64,000 nt of DNA from the human T2T-CHM13v2.0 reference genome, Homo sapiens. The translations under genes and the position numbers were made by a program. The stretch lies in the NCBI RefSeq assembly GCF_009914755.1, contig NC_060930.1. The stretch is one strand, 5' to 3'. A model generated the notes under the pieces. That model made no database searches, was not told the DNA's origin, and saw only the letters and a list, made by a program, of their open reading frames with translations. Of the stretch, positions 30,508 through 44,850 are shown piece by piece (the stretch's first letter is position 1; the number at the start of each line of letters is the position of its first letter).

Positions 30508-31717
30508 TATATACTTAAAATGGATTCACAAGAATTCCATCACCTAGTATCTATCATACTAGATTATACCAAGGAAAAAACAATTCTAAGACTGCGTTTA
30601 AATAGGCCAATGTCATTAGCAAAATGTTTAGAGTAAATTCAAGTTATTGTAAAACTCAGATCTACCATCTAGTCACTTGTATTTTTTCATTAAGCAATTA
30701 AAGAGGTGATCATTAGGAAATACAGAACAAATATATACAAATTTTAAGAACACAGACTTTGGTTTTCAGCTACAACATGTAACAGAGTGTGCAAGTCATC
30801 ATTCCCACTCTAAAACAAGAAAAAAAGATAAACCAAAAATACATGACTTTTCTAAGACTCATCAGAGAATTCAGATCACAGGGCACACTGTCACCCTAAA
30901 ATCTAAAGACACAGGAGAAGAGAAAGAATCATAGCCAAGAACAGCACAGATCAGCGTATCTTGAACAAAAGCTGCTGGAGTCATAATAAATGGTAAGAAC
31001 ACTTACATGATAATTTTGACAAATTACTGGAAGTGAGTATGGATTACTTGGTAGTAAAAAGTTGCTGGTGACCTAGTCTTAGGGCAACCTTAATACTTTG
31101 ACGGGTTTTATTTCCAGGCTTTTGACAAGGTTTTCACATGAAAGATCCAAGAAAAATCCCCTCACATATAAGAAAGTGGGAGAAGAAAAGTAACTATAGT
31201 CATGAGCCTCATAACAATGTTTGGAACAACGATATACGGTTATCAAAGGTGGTCCCATAAGATTATAATGAAGCTGAAAAATTCCTATCATCTACTGACA
31301 TCATAACATCATAGTGCAATGCATTATTCACATGTTTGTGGTAACGCTGGTATAAACAAACCTACTGGGCTGCCAGTTGTACAAAAGTACAGCATATATA
31401 ATTATGTACAGTACCTAACACTTGATAGTAATGAAAATGTTACTAGCTTTTGTATTTACAATAGTGTATTTGTATTGTTATTTTAGAATGTATTCCTTCT
31501 ACTTATTTAACAGCAACAACAAAAAGTTAACTTAGAGATTAACTCAGACAGGTCCTTCAGGAGGTATTCCAGAACATGGCATTGTTATAGATTTCAGTTC
31601 CACGTGTGTTACTGGCCCTGAAGACCTCCAAACCAAACATGATGTGGAGGTGACAAACAGTGAAACTGATTATCCTGACCCTATATAGCCTAGGCTAATG
31701 TGTGTGTTTGTGTCTTA

Positions 31718-32040
31718 TGTGGAGTTCTGATAAGTAAGCAACAATGAGGAAGGAGCCCCAGGTAGGAAAGAACAACGAACAATTCTTCTGACAGATGGCT
31801 AATCACAAACAACCTGATAACTCAATGACCCATGCAGCCCCCTCAGTACAACCCTATAAAACTTCTCTACAGCCCCTGCCTCTTTGCAGACAGCCCCTTC
31901 TCTGCTGTGCTGCCCGTTGCTACTTTGCAACATTATTTTCATACTTTCTCTAATAAATCTACCTTTCTTTACCTACAGTTGTCCTGATAAATTCCTTTAC
32001 CACCTGTGTCACCAGCCCCAGATAGTCACTACCTGCAACA
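31718..32040 (+). mobile_element. Solo LTR, LTR47-like (ERVL)
   Basis: TG...CA termini, perfect 5-bp TSD TCTTA, and internal TATAAA and AATAAA. Confidence 0.8.
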
Positions 32041-32112
32041 TCTTAGTTTTTAACAAAAAAGTAAAATTGAAAAATTAAAAAGCATTAAAAATTAAAAATT
32101 TTGAAAATATAA

Positions 32113-32547
<435 letters not shown>

Positions 32548-33128
32548 TAAAGTAAAAAAGTTATAGTGAGCTAAGGTTAATTTATTGTTGAAGAAAACTT
32601 TTAAATAAATTTAGTGTAGCCGAAGTGTGCTGTGTTTATAAAATCTACAGGAGTATGTAGTAATGTCATAGGCCTTCACACTCACTCACCACTCACTGAC
32701 TTACCCAGAGCAACTTCCAGTCCTGCAAGTTCTATTAGGTGCCTGATACAGGTGTACCATTTTAAAAAATCTTTTGTACCTTATTTTTACTGTACGATTT
32801 CTTGTTTAGATATGTTATAATATGTAAATACAATTGTGTTACAATTGCCTACAATATTTAGTATAGTAATATGCTGTACACATTTGTAGCCTAGGAGCAA
32901 TCCGCTATGCCATATAGCCTAGGTGTGTGGTAGGTTATACCATCTAGGACAGTGATCCCCAACCTTTTTGGCACCAGGCACTAGTTTCATGGAAGAAAAT
33001 TTTTCCACAGACAGGGGAAGGGGGAGATGGTTTCTGGATGAAACTCTTCCACCTCAGATCATAAGGAGCACATGACCTAGATCCCTCACACGTGCAGTTC
33101 ATAATAGAGTTCCTGCTCTTTTGAGAAT

Positions 33129-33574
33129 TGTCAGGCATGAGTTCTAAATTTCTTTTCAAAGAATCAATATGTCAGTATGTTCAATTCCTCGTCTTCTACT
33201 TTTAAACTTAACTTCCTCGTAAAGCAACCTTTTTCGATTACCTGCTCCACCCTGACTCATTCCCATTACCTGCTCTGTCATAACCATTTTTCCCGCCAAA
33301 CCACTCATCCTGTCACTCTTTTTAAATTAGCCAATCAGAATCACTTTAGCCTGTGCCATCTAACCCTAACCAATAGGGGAAGGACACAGCAGCAGGGGCC
33401 ACATGGTCACGGATAAGAACCCCTTCCCCTCCCTTGCCCAAGTGTGCGCTCACCATTGCTCCATGTGTAAGGGCACACCCTTCTATAGAAGTACCTTGCC
33501 TTGCTGAGAATTAAAAAGAAAATTTTATATTCAAGTGCTATTTCTTTTGTGGCACCAAAACTTCACTTATAACA
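33129..33574 (+). promoter_or_regulatory. 5' LTR (LTR10F-like)
   Basis: TG...CA, AP-1 site TGACTCA at 33253-33259, two CCAAT boxes, and ATTAAA. Confidence 0.88.
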
Positions 33575-33814
33575 ATTCCGGGGCTGGCCGGGGATTACAT
33601 TCCCTTCCCGGGGCGGTCTCTGGTTGTCTCTCGTGAGGAGGCGTGGCCCGCCCCCTTGTGGCAGCCTCAGGGGTGAGAAATCAGGACCCACCCAGTGTGA
33701 GGAATAACCCAAGCCCTCAGCAACGTGGAAAGAAACTGGCCAGAAACCTAGCTTAAAGGATCCTCATATACTGCCATGATGATTCTGTGTACAGACCAAG
33801 GAAGGATGTTGCAG

Positions 33815-34170
33815 ATGGTGAAGTATTTCCTTGGTGGTTGGGACTGAGGAAAAAGCTGCAGGGTGGTAAAGCATTCCTTGGTTAAGACATACCAAGGAGA
33901 GAGAAACCGCAGGGGCGGTAAAGCATTCCTTAGTCAGGACTAGGGAAAGAAAGCCACAGGGGGTGGTGAAGTATTCCTCAGTTGGGATGTCTTGGAGGTT
34001 AAAAAGAGGTGAGAGATCTCCATTCAGGAGGGGGTTGAAACTCAGAAAGAGGTGAGAAATCCCCATGGGGGGCGGGGTGTTGAACCTCAGAAAGAGGTGA
34101 GAAATCCCCATGAGGGGGAGTTGAATCTCAAAAAGAGGTGAGAAATCCCCATGAGTGGGGGTTGAACCTC
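33815..34170 (+). repeat. Two tandem arrays in the ERV leader (4 x ~47 bp, then 4 x ~41 bp)
   Basis: Units 'ggtaaagcattcctt(g/a)gt..' and 'aaagaggtgagaaatccccatg..ggggttgaacctc'. Confidence 0.9.
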
Positions 34171-34529
34171 ACACAAACCTCCGGTAGTAAGAAAAATATT
34201 CAGAACCCCCCTTTCCTTTCTTCTCAGGGGAAGAAAGAGTAGCTCCACTCCAGCCAGTCCCTCCCCTAGGGGAAGGGGAAGGAGAGGGGAGAACAGCAGC
34301 ATAAGCGGCTGGCACAGGCAGGGAAAGACCAGCAAAGAGGAAAGAGAAACTGGGAGAGGAAATCAGAGAGAAACAGAGAGAAAGAGACAGAGAGTCAGAG
34401 GGAGAGAGAGAGAGAAAGAGAGAGACAGGCGGAGAGATAAAGAGAAAGACAAAGAGGAAATCAGAGAGAGAGAGAGAGACAGAGAGTCAAAGAGAGATAG
34501 AGAGATAGAAGTAGTAAAGAGAAAAGAGT

Positions 34530-36590
34530 GTATCCTATTCCTTTAAAAGCCAGGGTAAATTTAAAACCTATAATTGATAATTGAAGGTCTTCTCTATGAC
34601 CCTGTAACACTCCAATACCACCTTGTTGTCAGTGTAAATAAGGGCATAGCCCGAAAGCACTGAGGCCACTGACAATCCATAGCCTTCCTATCAAAAATCC
34701 TTAACCCAGTAACCCACGGATGGCCTAAATGCATTCAATCTGTACCGGCAACTGCTCTCCTAACAGAAGAAAGTAGAAAAACAACTTTTAGAGGAAACCT
34801 CATTGTGAGCACACCACATCAGGTCAGAACTATCCTAAGTCCAAAAAAAAAAAAAAAAAGCAAAAAGGTAGCTTACTGACTTAAGAACTTTAAAGTATAA
34901 GGCTATTCCATTAGAAAAAGATGATTTAACATTAACCACTGAAAATTCCCTTAACCCAGCAGGTTTCCTAACATGGGATCTAAATCTTAATTACCATACA
35001 AAGGTCCGACCAAACCTAGGAGGAACTCCCTTCAGGACAGGAGGATAGATGGTTCCTCCTGGGTGACTGAAGGAAAAAGACACAATGGGTATTCAGTAAG
35101 TGATAAGGAAACTCTTGTAGAAGCAGAGTTAGGAAAAGTGCCTAATAATTAGTCTGCTCAAATGTGTGGCATATTTGCACTCAGCCAAGCCTTAAAGTAC
35201 TACAGAATCAGGAAAGACCCATCTATACCAATTCTAAGTTAATATGGACTGAATGAGGTCTTATTAAAAGCAAAGAATAATTGAAATCCCAAACTTACAA
35301 GGTTTTCAACAAAAGTAAAGTTTGCTAAAAGTTAACAGTGTAACATGCATTATCCTAACTTCTAATCTTGTGGCCTTAGACGGTCTAGTCCACAGACATG
35401 AAGGAAGTTCACTTTGGAAAAGAATGATTATCATCTCTGGGGAAAAAAAGGGGTGGGGGGGGAGAATTTATGTAAAAAGGAATGTTATATGGTAAATTTT
35501 TGTCCTAAAATAACTGGTTGTTTAAAGAAAGGGATGTTTGCAACAAGTCAGAAAGTTGAGGCATGTCAAAGAATTGTAAAAGTCGTGAAAAAAAAGTTAT
35601 AAAACGGAATTTATGCAAAAAATGTTGCATAATTTAAAAGTAATTAGGCCTCCTGAATGTAAAACTATTGAAGAAACAGTGAATGTGCAAGGTGTATAAG
35701 GAAAGTAAAATACATCTTTGGTAAAAGGATTATAAGTAGGCATAAGAATGTGGATTTTTACATACATTAAAAGGTTAAAAAATTTTTTCTTTTAAAGGTT
35801 TAAGCAAGTTTTGAAATGTTAATTGTGAAGGTAATTCTGTGTGTAAACATATTGGCTAAAGTTAAAGGTGTATCATCCAGTTTTTCTGTGAACTGGACAT
35901 TAAAATAAAAGCACAACAGGTTTTTCTTAAAGCACTAACCTGCTCTTTAACAAAAATTATAAAAGGTTAAAAGGAGTCTATAAAAATCTTACTTTATGGT
36001 CAGACATTAAAATTGGATAAATAGGTCTACAAGGTTTTATTAAAATTGAGTTTAACATTAATAACACACTAATATAAAGGTGAAATTTAGCTTATCTGGT
36101 ATAAAAATCATACAGGAAGCATTGTCAAATATAAAATGGTGTTTGGCTTTTTTTGGTCTAAAAACTAATAAAAATAGGTGCTAAAGGAAATTTCTCAGTA
36201 AGAAGGCACCAAGGACTATAAAGTCCACTGCTGATGTCCCCACATTTAAAACAAAAGGTCAGTTTCTTAGAAATTATATACTTGGTTTATCTGCCACTTG
36301 GCCTTTACCTCAAAACTAAAAATCTTTTAGCAGAGGTACCACCCCTAGAATTTCCGGTAAACTAGCACCAGCCTGAGGATCACGTTCTCATCAAAGGGTG
36401 GAAAGAAGGAAAACTCGAGTCAGCCCGGGAAGGACCCTACCTTGTGCTGCTAACCACCGATAATGCTGTTCCTATAGTGGAAAGGGGATGGACTCATCAC
36501 ACCCGAGTCAAGAAAGCACCGTCCCCTCCAGGGTCATGGGCCATAGTCCCAAGGGAAAACCCTACCAAACTAAAGCTAAGAAAAATTTAA
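34530..36590 (+). pseudogene. Fragmentary ERV pol (RT, connection and integrase C-terminal pieces)
   Basis: Manual translation gives 'YPIPLKARVNLKPII' (~34531), 'GWPKCIQSV' (~34718) and 'EGPYLVLLTT..GWTHHTRVKKAP' (~36430-36520). Confidence 0.8.
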
Positions 36591-38575
36591 CTCTCTCTCT
36601 TTCTTCTATTCTAATACTCTTTCTTCTTTCCTCACTCTATTGCTGACCATCTAGTTATTAACATAACCAAGTCAATTTTGCTTCAAACTTTTGCATTTAA
36701 TGCTTGCCTTGTTATACCCTGTGGGGACTTGCCAAGGCAAAGACAGCTCTCTACTTCAGAAAAGTACCTCTGTCCCTCCTGACTCTCGTCAGACTGGGCA
36801 TTAGAGAATTGGGACCATTTAATCCGGGGAGATTTTGATAAAGACCCCAGTGTCAACCAGGAGTCTTGTCCCACCAATGTAGAGCTTTTATGCTGTAGCT
36901 GGTCCAAAGTTCTGTGGACCACTAAAGAGCAAGAATAGACTGCTCCAACTGGTTTTTGTAATTTCCTAAAACCATACATTCATTTTACTAGAGGGACAGC
37001 TATCCCCCAACTGTAAGCTAAACCAGTGTAATCCTATACAGGTTATTATCTTAAACCCTCAAAGTTCTTCCCCTTTTCTAAGTTGGTTCCCTTCTTTAAG
37101 CCAGTTTTATGATATGGGGGCTGAGGTTTCAGGGACAGACCCTATTAGATTCTTTGAAATGTGTTTCTTTAATCCCCCGCTGCCTGTACCTTCCTCTAAG
37201 CCTTCTTCCAAAACCTTTTACAACGGAAGAATTTCTCCTCCTCTGTCTAACAACAAGACCAAAATAGCTATTGTAGAAGTTAAAGACTTAAAACAAACTT
37301 TGGCAATTGAGACAATACTAAGATGCAAATGCCTGGTTGAAATAGATCAAATATTCCCTCCGCACGTTAAACAAAAGCAATTGTTATGCTTGTATGCATG
37401 GCAGGCCAGAGGCCCAGATTGTCCCCTTTCCACTAGGGTGGTCCTCCAGTCGACCGGGCGTGGGCTGCATGGTAGCTCTTTTCCAGGATTCTACCGCCTG
37501 GAGTAACACATCATGCCAAGCTCGCTCTCTGCTATATGTCAAAGTCCGACACCCTGCGGGTCAGCCCTGAGGGCCATCCAGCTTCCATCTCCCAACACTA
37601 AGCTCACTTTGTGTCTCTCACGACAGGCAGGAAACTTAGAGTTCCTTGGAGACCTGAAGGGATGCAGTGAGCTTAAAAATTTTCAAAAGCTTACCAATCA
37701 GTCCTTATTCATCCCTGAGTAGATGTGTAGTGGTATTATGATGGACCTTTACTGGACACTGTCAAGTAACTAAAGTGGCACTTATGCTTTAGTCCAATTG
37801 GCTATCCCTTTTACCCTGGCATTTCATCAACCAGAAAAAGAAAAAAAAAAAAAAAAAGACATCATAAAGCAAAAGAAGCCCCTTATGGGTCTTTTGACTC
37901 TCACATCTATTTAGACACAATTAGAGTCCCAAGGGGAGTACCAGATCAATTTAAAGCCCGAAATCAAATAGCTGCAGGATTTGAGTCAATATCTTGGTGG
38001 GTGACAATTAATAAAAATGTAGATTGGATAAACTACATCTATTATAACCAACAGCGATTTATTAACTACACTAGAGATGTTGTTAAAGAATAGCTGAGCA
38101 ATTAGGGGATACTAGCCAGATGGCTTGGGAAAATTGTGATAGGCTTAGACATGATATTAGCAAAAAGAGGAGTTTGTGTCATGATTAAAACTCAATGTTA
38201 TACCGTCATCCCAAACAACACCGCCCCTGATGGAAGTATAACAAAGGCATTGCAAGGTCTGACTGCTCTGTCCAATGAGTTAGCCAACAACTCAGGGGTA
38301 AATGACCCCTTTACAGAATGGCTAGAAAAGTGGTTTGGTAAATGGAAAAGAATAATATCCTCAATTCTTCCTTCCCTCGCAGCTGTAATGGGTGTATTTA
38401 TTCTTGTCAGGTGCTGTGTCACACCATGCATCTGTGGGTTGGTGCAGAGGCTCATAAAAATGGCACTTACTAAAACCTTCCTTAACTGTCCTCCACCTTA
38501 TCCAGAGAAGCTTCTTTTGGAAAATCAAGCAGAACAACTAAGCCAAGACATGTTAAAAAGTTTGTTAGGAAATGC
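36590..38575 (+). pseudogene. ERV env pseudogene (SU and TM)
   Basis: ORF 38136 has 'LDMILAKRGVCVMIKTQCY' (immunosuppressive-domain and CX6CC-like motif, last C mutated) and a hydrophobic anchor. Multiple stops and frameshifts upstream. Confidence 0.88.
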
Positions 38576-38587
38576 AAGAGGAGGGGT

Positions 38588-39034
38588 TGTTAGATATGAG
38601 TTCCAAATTTCTTTTCAAATAATCAATATGTCAATATGTAAAATTCTTTGCCTTCTACTTTTAAACTTAACTTCCTCAAAAAGCAACCTTTTTGGATTAC
38701 CTGCTCCACCCTGACTCATTCCCATTACCTGCTCTGTAATAACCATTTTTCCCGCCAAACCACTCACCCTGTCACTCTCTTTAAATTAGCCAATTGGAAT
38801 TAGTTTAGTCTGTGCCATCTAACCCTAGCCAATAGGTGAATGACACAGCAGCAGGGGCCACATGAGTCAGGGATAAGAACCTCTTCCCATCCCTTGTCCA
38901 ACTGTGTGCTCACCATTGCTCCATCTGTAAGGGCGCACCCTTCTATAGAAGTACCTTGCCTTGCTCAGAATTAAAAAGAAAATTTTATATTCAAGTGTTA
39001 TTTCTCTTGCGGCACCAAAACTTTACTTACAACA
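38588..39034 (+). promoter_or_regulatory. 3' LTR (LTR10F-like)
   Basis: About 91% identical to the 5' LTR by eye. AP-1 sites TGACTCA at 38712-38718 and TGAGTCA at 38863-38869. Confidence 0.88.
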
Positions 39035-40032
39035 AGAATCTAAGGCTGCCACTGATCTGACAGCAGGCGGAGCTCAGGCGGTAATGCTCACCTCCTGCTG
39101 CGCAGCCCAGTTCCTAACAGGCCATGGACTGGTACGGGTCTGTGGCCTGGGAGTTGGGGATCCCTCATCTAGGACACTCTATAATGTTCACACAAGGAGA
39201 AATCTCCTAAGGACATCCCACCAGCATGACTGTATTTACAAATGTGCCCAGATCATTCAACATAACAAAGGCCTGCCCTCAAGGGAAACTAATATAACAA
39301 TGGCTTATCTGATCTGAGGGAAGGGAAAGTAACCACCTCCAGCCCTGTCTAGTCTTCTGTCTCATCTAAGAGGCCAAAACAAACAAACAAAAAACCTAAG
39401 AAACACTAAGGTCACAGCCCAGGAATGCAAGCCTCCTAAAAGACTGATATTTTGTCATAGGATTGTAGAACACTTCCCCTCCCCTCCCTGACACCTTACC
39501 ACTACACCAAAAGGGCTCCAGAAGAATTAAAATAGATTACAAATGAAAGAGCTACAACACAGAGACTCTATTTAAGAAAAAGTTCTTAGAGAACCCAAAA
39601 ACAACAAAGGAAAGAATAAAAGCCCCCCCAAAAAAACATAAAAACAAGGACAAAACAAAAAACAAAAAGCTGATGGCATCTACATGTGCAGCAAAACAGT
39701 AAACACAGCCCACAGGTCTTAGCTAGACTAAAAGAAACCTCAAACTAAAGGCCAATCTACTTCACTTCCTATTATCCAAAATATTATACACTATGTCCAG
39801 CATTCAACAAAATAATCACAATGTATGCTAACAGGCAGGAAAAACCACAGTCTGAAGAGACAAAGCAAACACCTGAACCAGACTCAGATATAACATAAAT
39901 TATGGAATGAGATAGTGATTTTAAAGTAACAACAATTAATATGTCAAGAACTCTAATGGATAGATAGTATGCAAGAACAAATTGTTAATGTCAGCAGAGA
40001 GATGGAAACTCTAAGAATGAATGAAAAGAAAA

Positions 40033-41438
40033 TATACAACAATAAAAAATAAACAAACTGGACTTCACAGAAAGATTTTAAGATGTATTCACCAAAAGAT
40101 ACCATCGACAGGGCAAAAGGCAACCTACAGATGGAAAAAAAATTGCAAATCATATATCCAATAAAGGTTTAACATCAAGAATACAGCTGACCTTTGAACA
40201 ATGTCAGGGGCACTGACCTCCCATGCAGCTGAAAATCCACATGTAACTTTTGATTCCCCCAAAACTTAACTACTAATAGCCTGCTGTTGACCAGAAGCCT
40301 TACCAATAACATAATCAATTAACATATATTTTGTATATGTATTATATACTATATTCTTAAAATAAAGTAGGCTAAAGGAAAGAAAATGTTAAAAAATCAT
40401 AAGGAAGAGAACATATATATATATTTACTATTCACTAAGTGGAAGTGAGTCATCATAAAGGTCTTCATCCTCATCATCTTCATGTCAAGTAGGCTGAGGA
40501 GATGGAAGAAGAGGAGGGTTGGTCTTGCTGTCTCAGGGGTGGCAGAGGCAGGAGAAAATCCAAGTTAAGTAGACTCACACAGTTCAAACCTGTGTTGCTC
40601 AAGGATCAACTGTATAGAGACATTTAAAACTCAACAGCAATAACAAAAAACCTGATCCAAAAATGGACAAAGGATGTGAATAAACATTTCTCCAAAAAAG
40701 ACATACAAATTGCCAAGAAGCACATGAAAAGTGTTCAAAATCACTACCATTATGGAAATGCAAATCCAAACTACAATGAGATCCCAGTTTACACCCATTA
40801 GGATGGCTATTATCAAAAGAACAGAAAACCATGTTGGCAAGGATATGGGCACTGCTGCTGGGAATGTACAATGGTACAGCCACTGCAAAAAACAGTATGG
40901 CAGTTCCTTAAAAAATTAAAAATAGAATTGGCTTATGATCCAGATTCCACTTCTGGGTATTTACCCAAAATAACTAAAAACTGTGTGTTAAAGACATATT
41001 TGTAAACCCATGCTCATAATAGCATTATTCACAATAGCTAAAATGTGGAAGCAGCCTGAGTGTGCATTGACAAATGAATAAGTAAAATGTGGTATATAGA
41101 TATAATTGAATATTATTTGGCCTTAAAAAGGAAGGAAATTCTGACATATACCACATCATGAATGAACCTTGAGGATATTATGCTAAATGAAATAAGCCAA
41201 TTCAAAATCATAGATGGAAAGTAGAAAGCCAGGGGCTGGAGGAGGAAGCAATGGGAAGTCAATGTTTAATGGGTTACAGAGTTTCAGTTTCACAGGATAA
41301 AAAAAGTTCTAGAGATGGATGGTTGTGATGGTGGCATAATATTAGGAATGTATTTATACTACTACTGAATTGTACACTTAAAAATGATTAAGATACTAAA
41401 TTTTACAGTTTTTATATTTTACCACACTAACAAAAAAA
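40033..41438 (+). mobile_element. L1MB-type 3' segment inserted in the L1M ORF1
   Basis: ORF2 end 'MQIQTTMRSQFTPIRMAIIK' and the 3' UTR 'gagtttcagttt..aagttctagagatggatgg'. Confidence 0.85.
40184..40612 (+). mobile_element. Tigger2a-like DNA transposon
   Basis: TA|CAGCTGACCTTTGAACAA...TTGCTCAAGGATCAACTG|TA terminal inverted repeats. Confidence 0.88.
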
Positions 41439-41528
41439 TGAAGAAAGGAAATACAGTAAGTCAAATTCACTGCAAGAGAAATGAAGAATGCCTATGATAG
41501 GCTCATCAGTAGGTTGAAAACAGAACTT

Positions 41529-41845
<317 letters not shown>

Positions 41846-43119
41846 AAATGTCCCAAATGCAAAGAGCAAAAAAAAGAATAGCATATTCCAAGAACTGTGG
41901 GATGATTTTAAAAGGTTTAAAAATGTAACTAGAATACCAAAAGGAGAAGAAAAACGACTGAAGCAGAATAAATATAAGTAATAATGGCCAAGAATTTTCC
42001 AAAATTAATGATAAATATCAAACTACAGATCCAGGAAGCTAAAAAAGAAAAAAAACAATCACCGAGCAGGATAAAAACTGAAAAAATCTACACACAGGCA
42101 CATTATATTTAAACTACAAAAAATCAAAGACAAAGAGAAAACCTTAAAGGAAACCAGAGGAAAAACTCCTCTCACCTATAGAGGGTAAGAGTACATAACA
42201 AGAATCGCATCAGACTTCTCAGAAATCATGCAAACAAGAAGACAGTGTCTTAAAATTCAAAGTGTTGAAAGGAAAAAAAAAAACCCAACAACCTTGAATT
42301 CTGTATCCAGCAAAATTAACCTTCAAAAGGACAAAAATTTTCTCAGACAAAAACTGAAGGAATTCCTTACCAGAAGACCTGTCCTGAAAAAAGTATTAAA
42401 AAGAAGTTCTTAACAGAGAGAAAAAAAAGATACAGGTCAGAAACTCAAATCTACATAATGAAACAGAATGTTAAAGAAGGAATAAATGACGGTAATATAA
42501 AATATTTTGCTTTTCTTATTCTTAGTCAGAAGTAAATAACTGTCTATTCAAAGTAATAACAGTGATAATGTATGGGGCAATTACAGCATATAGTTCAGTG
42601 AAATAAATGACAATAATGTTATAAGGGATGAAAGGGAGGAACTGAGATACTCTGTTACAAGGCACAAGCACTACCCACAAAGCACTGTATTGTTATTAGA
42701 AAGCAGATATAGATTACTTGTAAATGTATATTGCAAACCCTAGGACAACCACTTAAAAAAAACTGAAGTATAATTTATATATTAAGAGAAGAGAGAAAAT
42801 GGAATAATATAAAATGTTCAATTTCAACCAGAGATGTCAGAAAAAGAGAAGATTTTAAAAATGAAAAGAACAAGTACAACAAATAAAAAACAGATATAAA
42901 CATGGTTGATATTAATCCAACGATATCAAAATTCACTTCAACTGTTAAGGACCTAAACATATTAATTAAAAAACAGAGACTGTCAGAGAAGATTTTTTTT
43001 AAAAAGACCCAACTAATATTTTCTATAAGAAACCCATTTTAGACATAAAGATGCAGGTAAGTGAAAAGAGATGGAGAAATACGTACCAAGTTAAAACTAA
43101 CCAAAAGAAGGTTGGAGTA

Positions 43120-43482
43120 CAGATGGTTCCTGACTTAACGACAGTTGAAATGACAATTTTTCAACACTATGGTGACGTACAAGCAACATGCATTCAGCAG
43201 AAAGTATACTTTGAGTACCTATACAACCATTCTGTGTTTCACTTTCACTACAGTATTCAATAAGCTACATGAAATAGTCGACACATTATAAAACAGGCTT
43301 TTGTGTTAGATGATTTTGACCATAAGCTAATGCAAGTGCTCTGAACACATTTAAGGCAGGCTAGGCTAAGCTGTGGTGGTTACACAGGTTAGGTGTATTA
43401 AATGCATTTTTGACTTAACAGTATTTTCAACTTACAATAAGTATATTGGGAAGTAACCCCACCATAAGCTGAGGAGCATCTG
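43120..43482 (-). mobile_element. MER47A-like (Tigger5 family) DNA transposon
   Basis: TA|CAGATGGTTCCT...GAGGAGCATCTG|TA, 363 bp. Confidence 0.82.
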
Positions 43483-44850
43483 TATTTATTAATTTCAAAT
43501 GAAATAGACTTCAGAATAGGAAATAACCAGGGATAAAGTGGAGTATTACTTAATGATAAACGGGTCAATTCTCCAAGAAGACATAACAATCCTTAATATG
43601 CATGTGCCTAAAAATAGAACATCAAAATATATGAGGCAAAAACTAATGGAATTAAAAGAGAAGCAAATCCACTGTTATGTAGCTAGAAATCTCAACATCC
43701 CCTTTTTAGTAACTGATAGATCTAACAGGCAGGAAAGCAGTAAAAATGTTGTTGAGTTGATGAGCAACACTAATCGACTGAATTCAGCTGACATTTATAG
43801 AATAATTCATCCAACAATAGCAGAATAAATATTTTTCTCAAACTCTCATGGAACATTCTAAAAGACAGACACATTCTGGGCCACAAAATACACCATAACA
43901 AATTTAAGGTTTTTTTCAGATGATAATGGAATTCAACTAGAAGTCAGTAACAGAAAGACGCTGGAAAATCCCAGAATATTTGGAGATTAAACAACTTACT
44001 TCAGAATAACACGAGTGTTAAAAAAAAAAAAAAAGAAAGAAAGAAAAAGAAAAAGCAGTCAAGAGAAATGTTAAAATATTTTGAACTAAATTAAAATGAA
44101 AATACAAACTTGCCAAAATTTGTGGGATGCAGTCAAAGCAGTGATTTCAGGGAAATTTACAGCATTGAAGGCATTTATTTGAAAAGATCTAAAACCAGAA
44201 ACAAGCTTCTATTTTTGAAAATTCTAGAGAACGAGCAATTTAACCTTAAAGCACTCAGAAAAAAAGAAATAATAAAAATTAGGGCAGAAATCAATGAACT
44301 TGAAAACAGGAACAACAGAGAATATCAATAAAACCAAAGCCTTGGTTATTTGAAAAGATTTTTATAAATTGATAAATCTCTAGCCAGACTAATCAAGAAG
44401 AAAAAAACAGAAGGCATACATTTACCAATACCATAAGTGAAAGAAGGGACATCACTATTAATCACATGGATATTAAAAGGATAATAAAAGAACACTAAGA
44501 ACACTCTATGCTCACTAATTTGATAATTTAGATAAAGTGGATCAATTCTTTGAAAGGCACAAGCTACCAAAAGTCATAGAAGGAGAAACAGATAATCTAA
44601 CAAGGCCAATATTTATTTTAAAAATTGAACCTATAATTAACCTTTCCAAAAATAAAGCACTAGGCCCAGATATTTTCACTGGGTGTATTATACAAACATT
44701 TAAGAAATGACATCAATTTTCTATAATCTGTTTCAGAAAATAGAAGCAGAGAGGATACTTCCTAACTCATTCTATGAGAACATTACCTTAATACCAAAAT
44801 CAGATAAACATGATAAAGCAAAACTACAGATGAGTGTCTCTCAAGAACAT

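Larger units (their letters stand above)
33129..39034 (+). mobile_element. Two-LTR endogenous retrovirus, HERVIP10FH with LTR10F-type LTRs
   Basis: Direct-repeat LTRs, perfect TSD AGAAT, degenerate tRNA-Pro PBS at ~33577-33596, PPT AAGAGGAGGGG at 38576-38586, and a ~5.0-kb interior with pol and env remnants but no visible gag. Confidence 0.88.
32950..39166 (+). mobile_element. MER1B-like hAT element split by the provirus
   Basis: 'cagtgatccccaacctttttggcaccagg'...'gttggggatccctc' with perfect 8-bp TSD ATCTAGGA (32942-32949, 39167-39174). The halves join at GAGAAT|CTAA, as in the intact copy at 54854. Confidence 0.92.

Noticed and set aside
33815-34170. Repeat-spacer look reminiscent of a CRISPR array
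   Set aside because: The units are tandem and homologous throughout, with no unique spacers, inside a primate ERV leader.
38136-38714. 192-aa ORF as a possible domesticated env
   Set aside because: It is a TM fragment with no ATG start, signal peptide or intact SU. The CX6CC motif is broken and the frame runs on into the 3' LTR.
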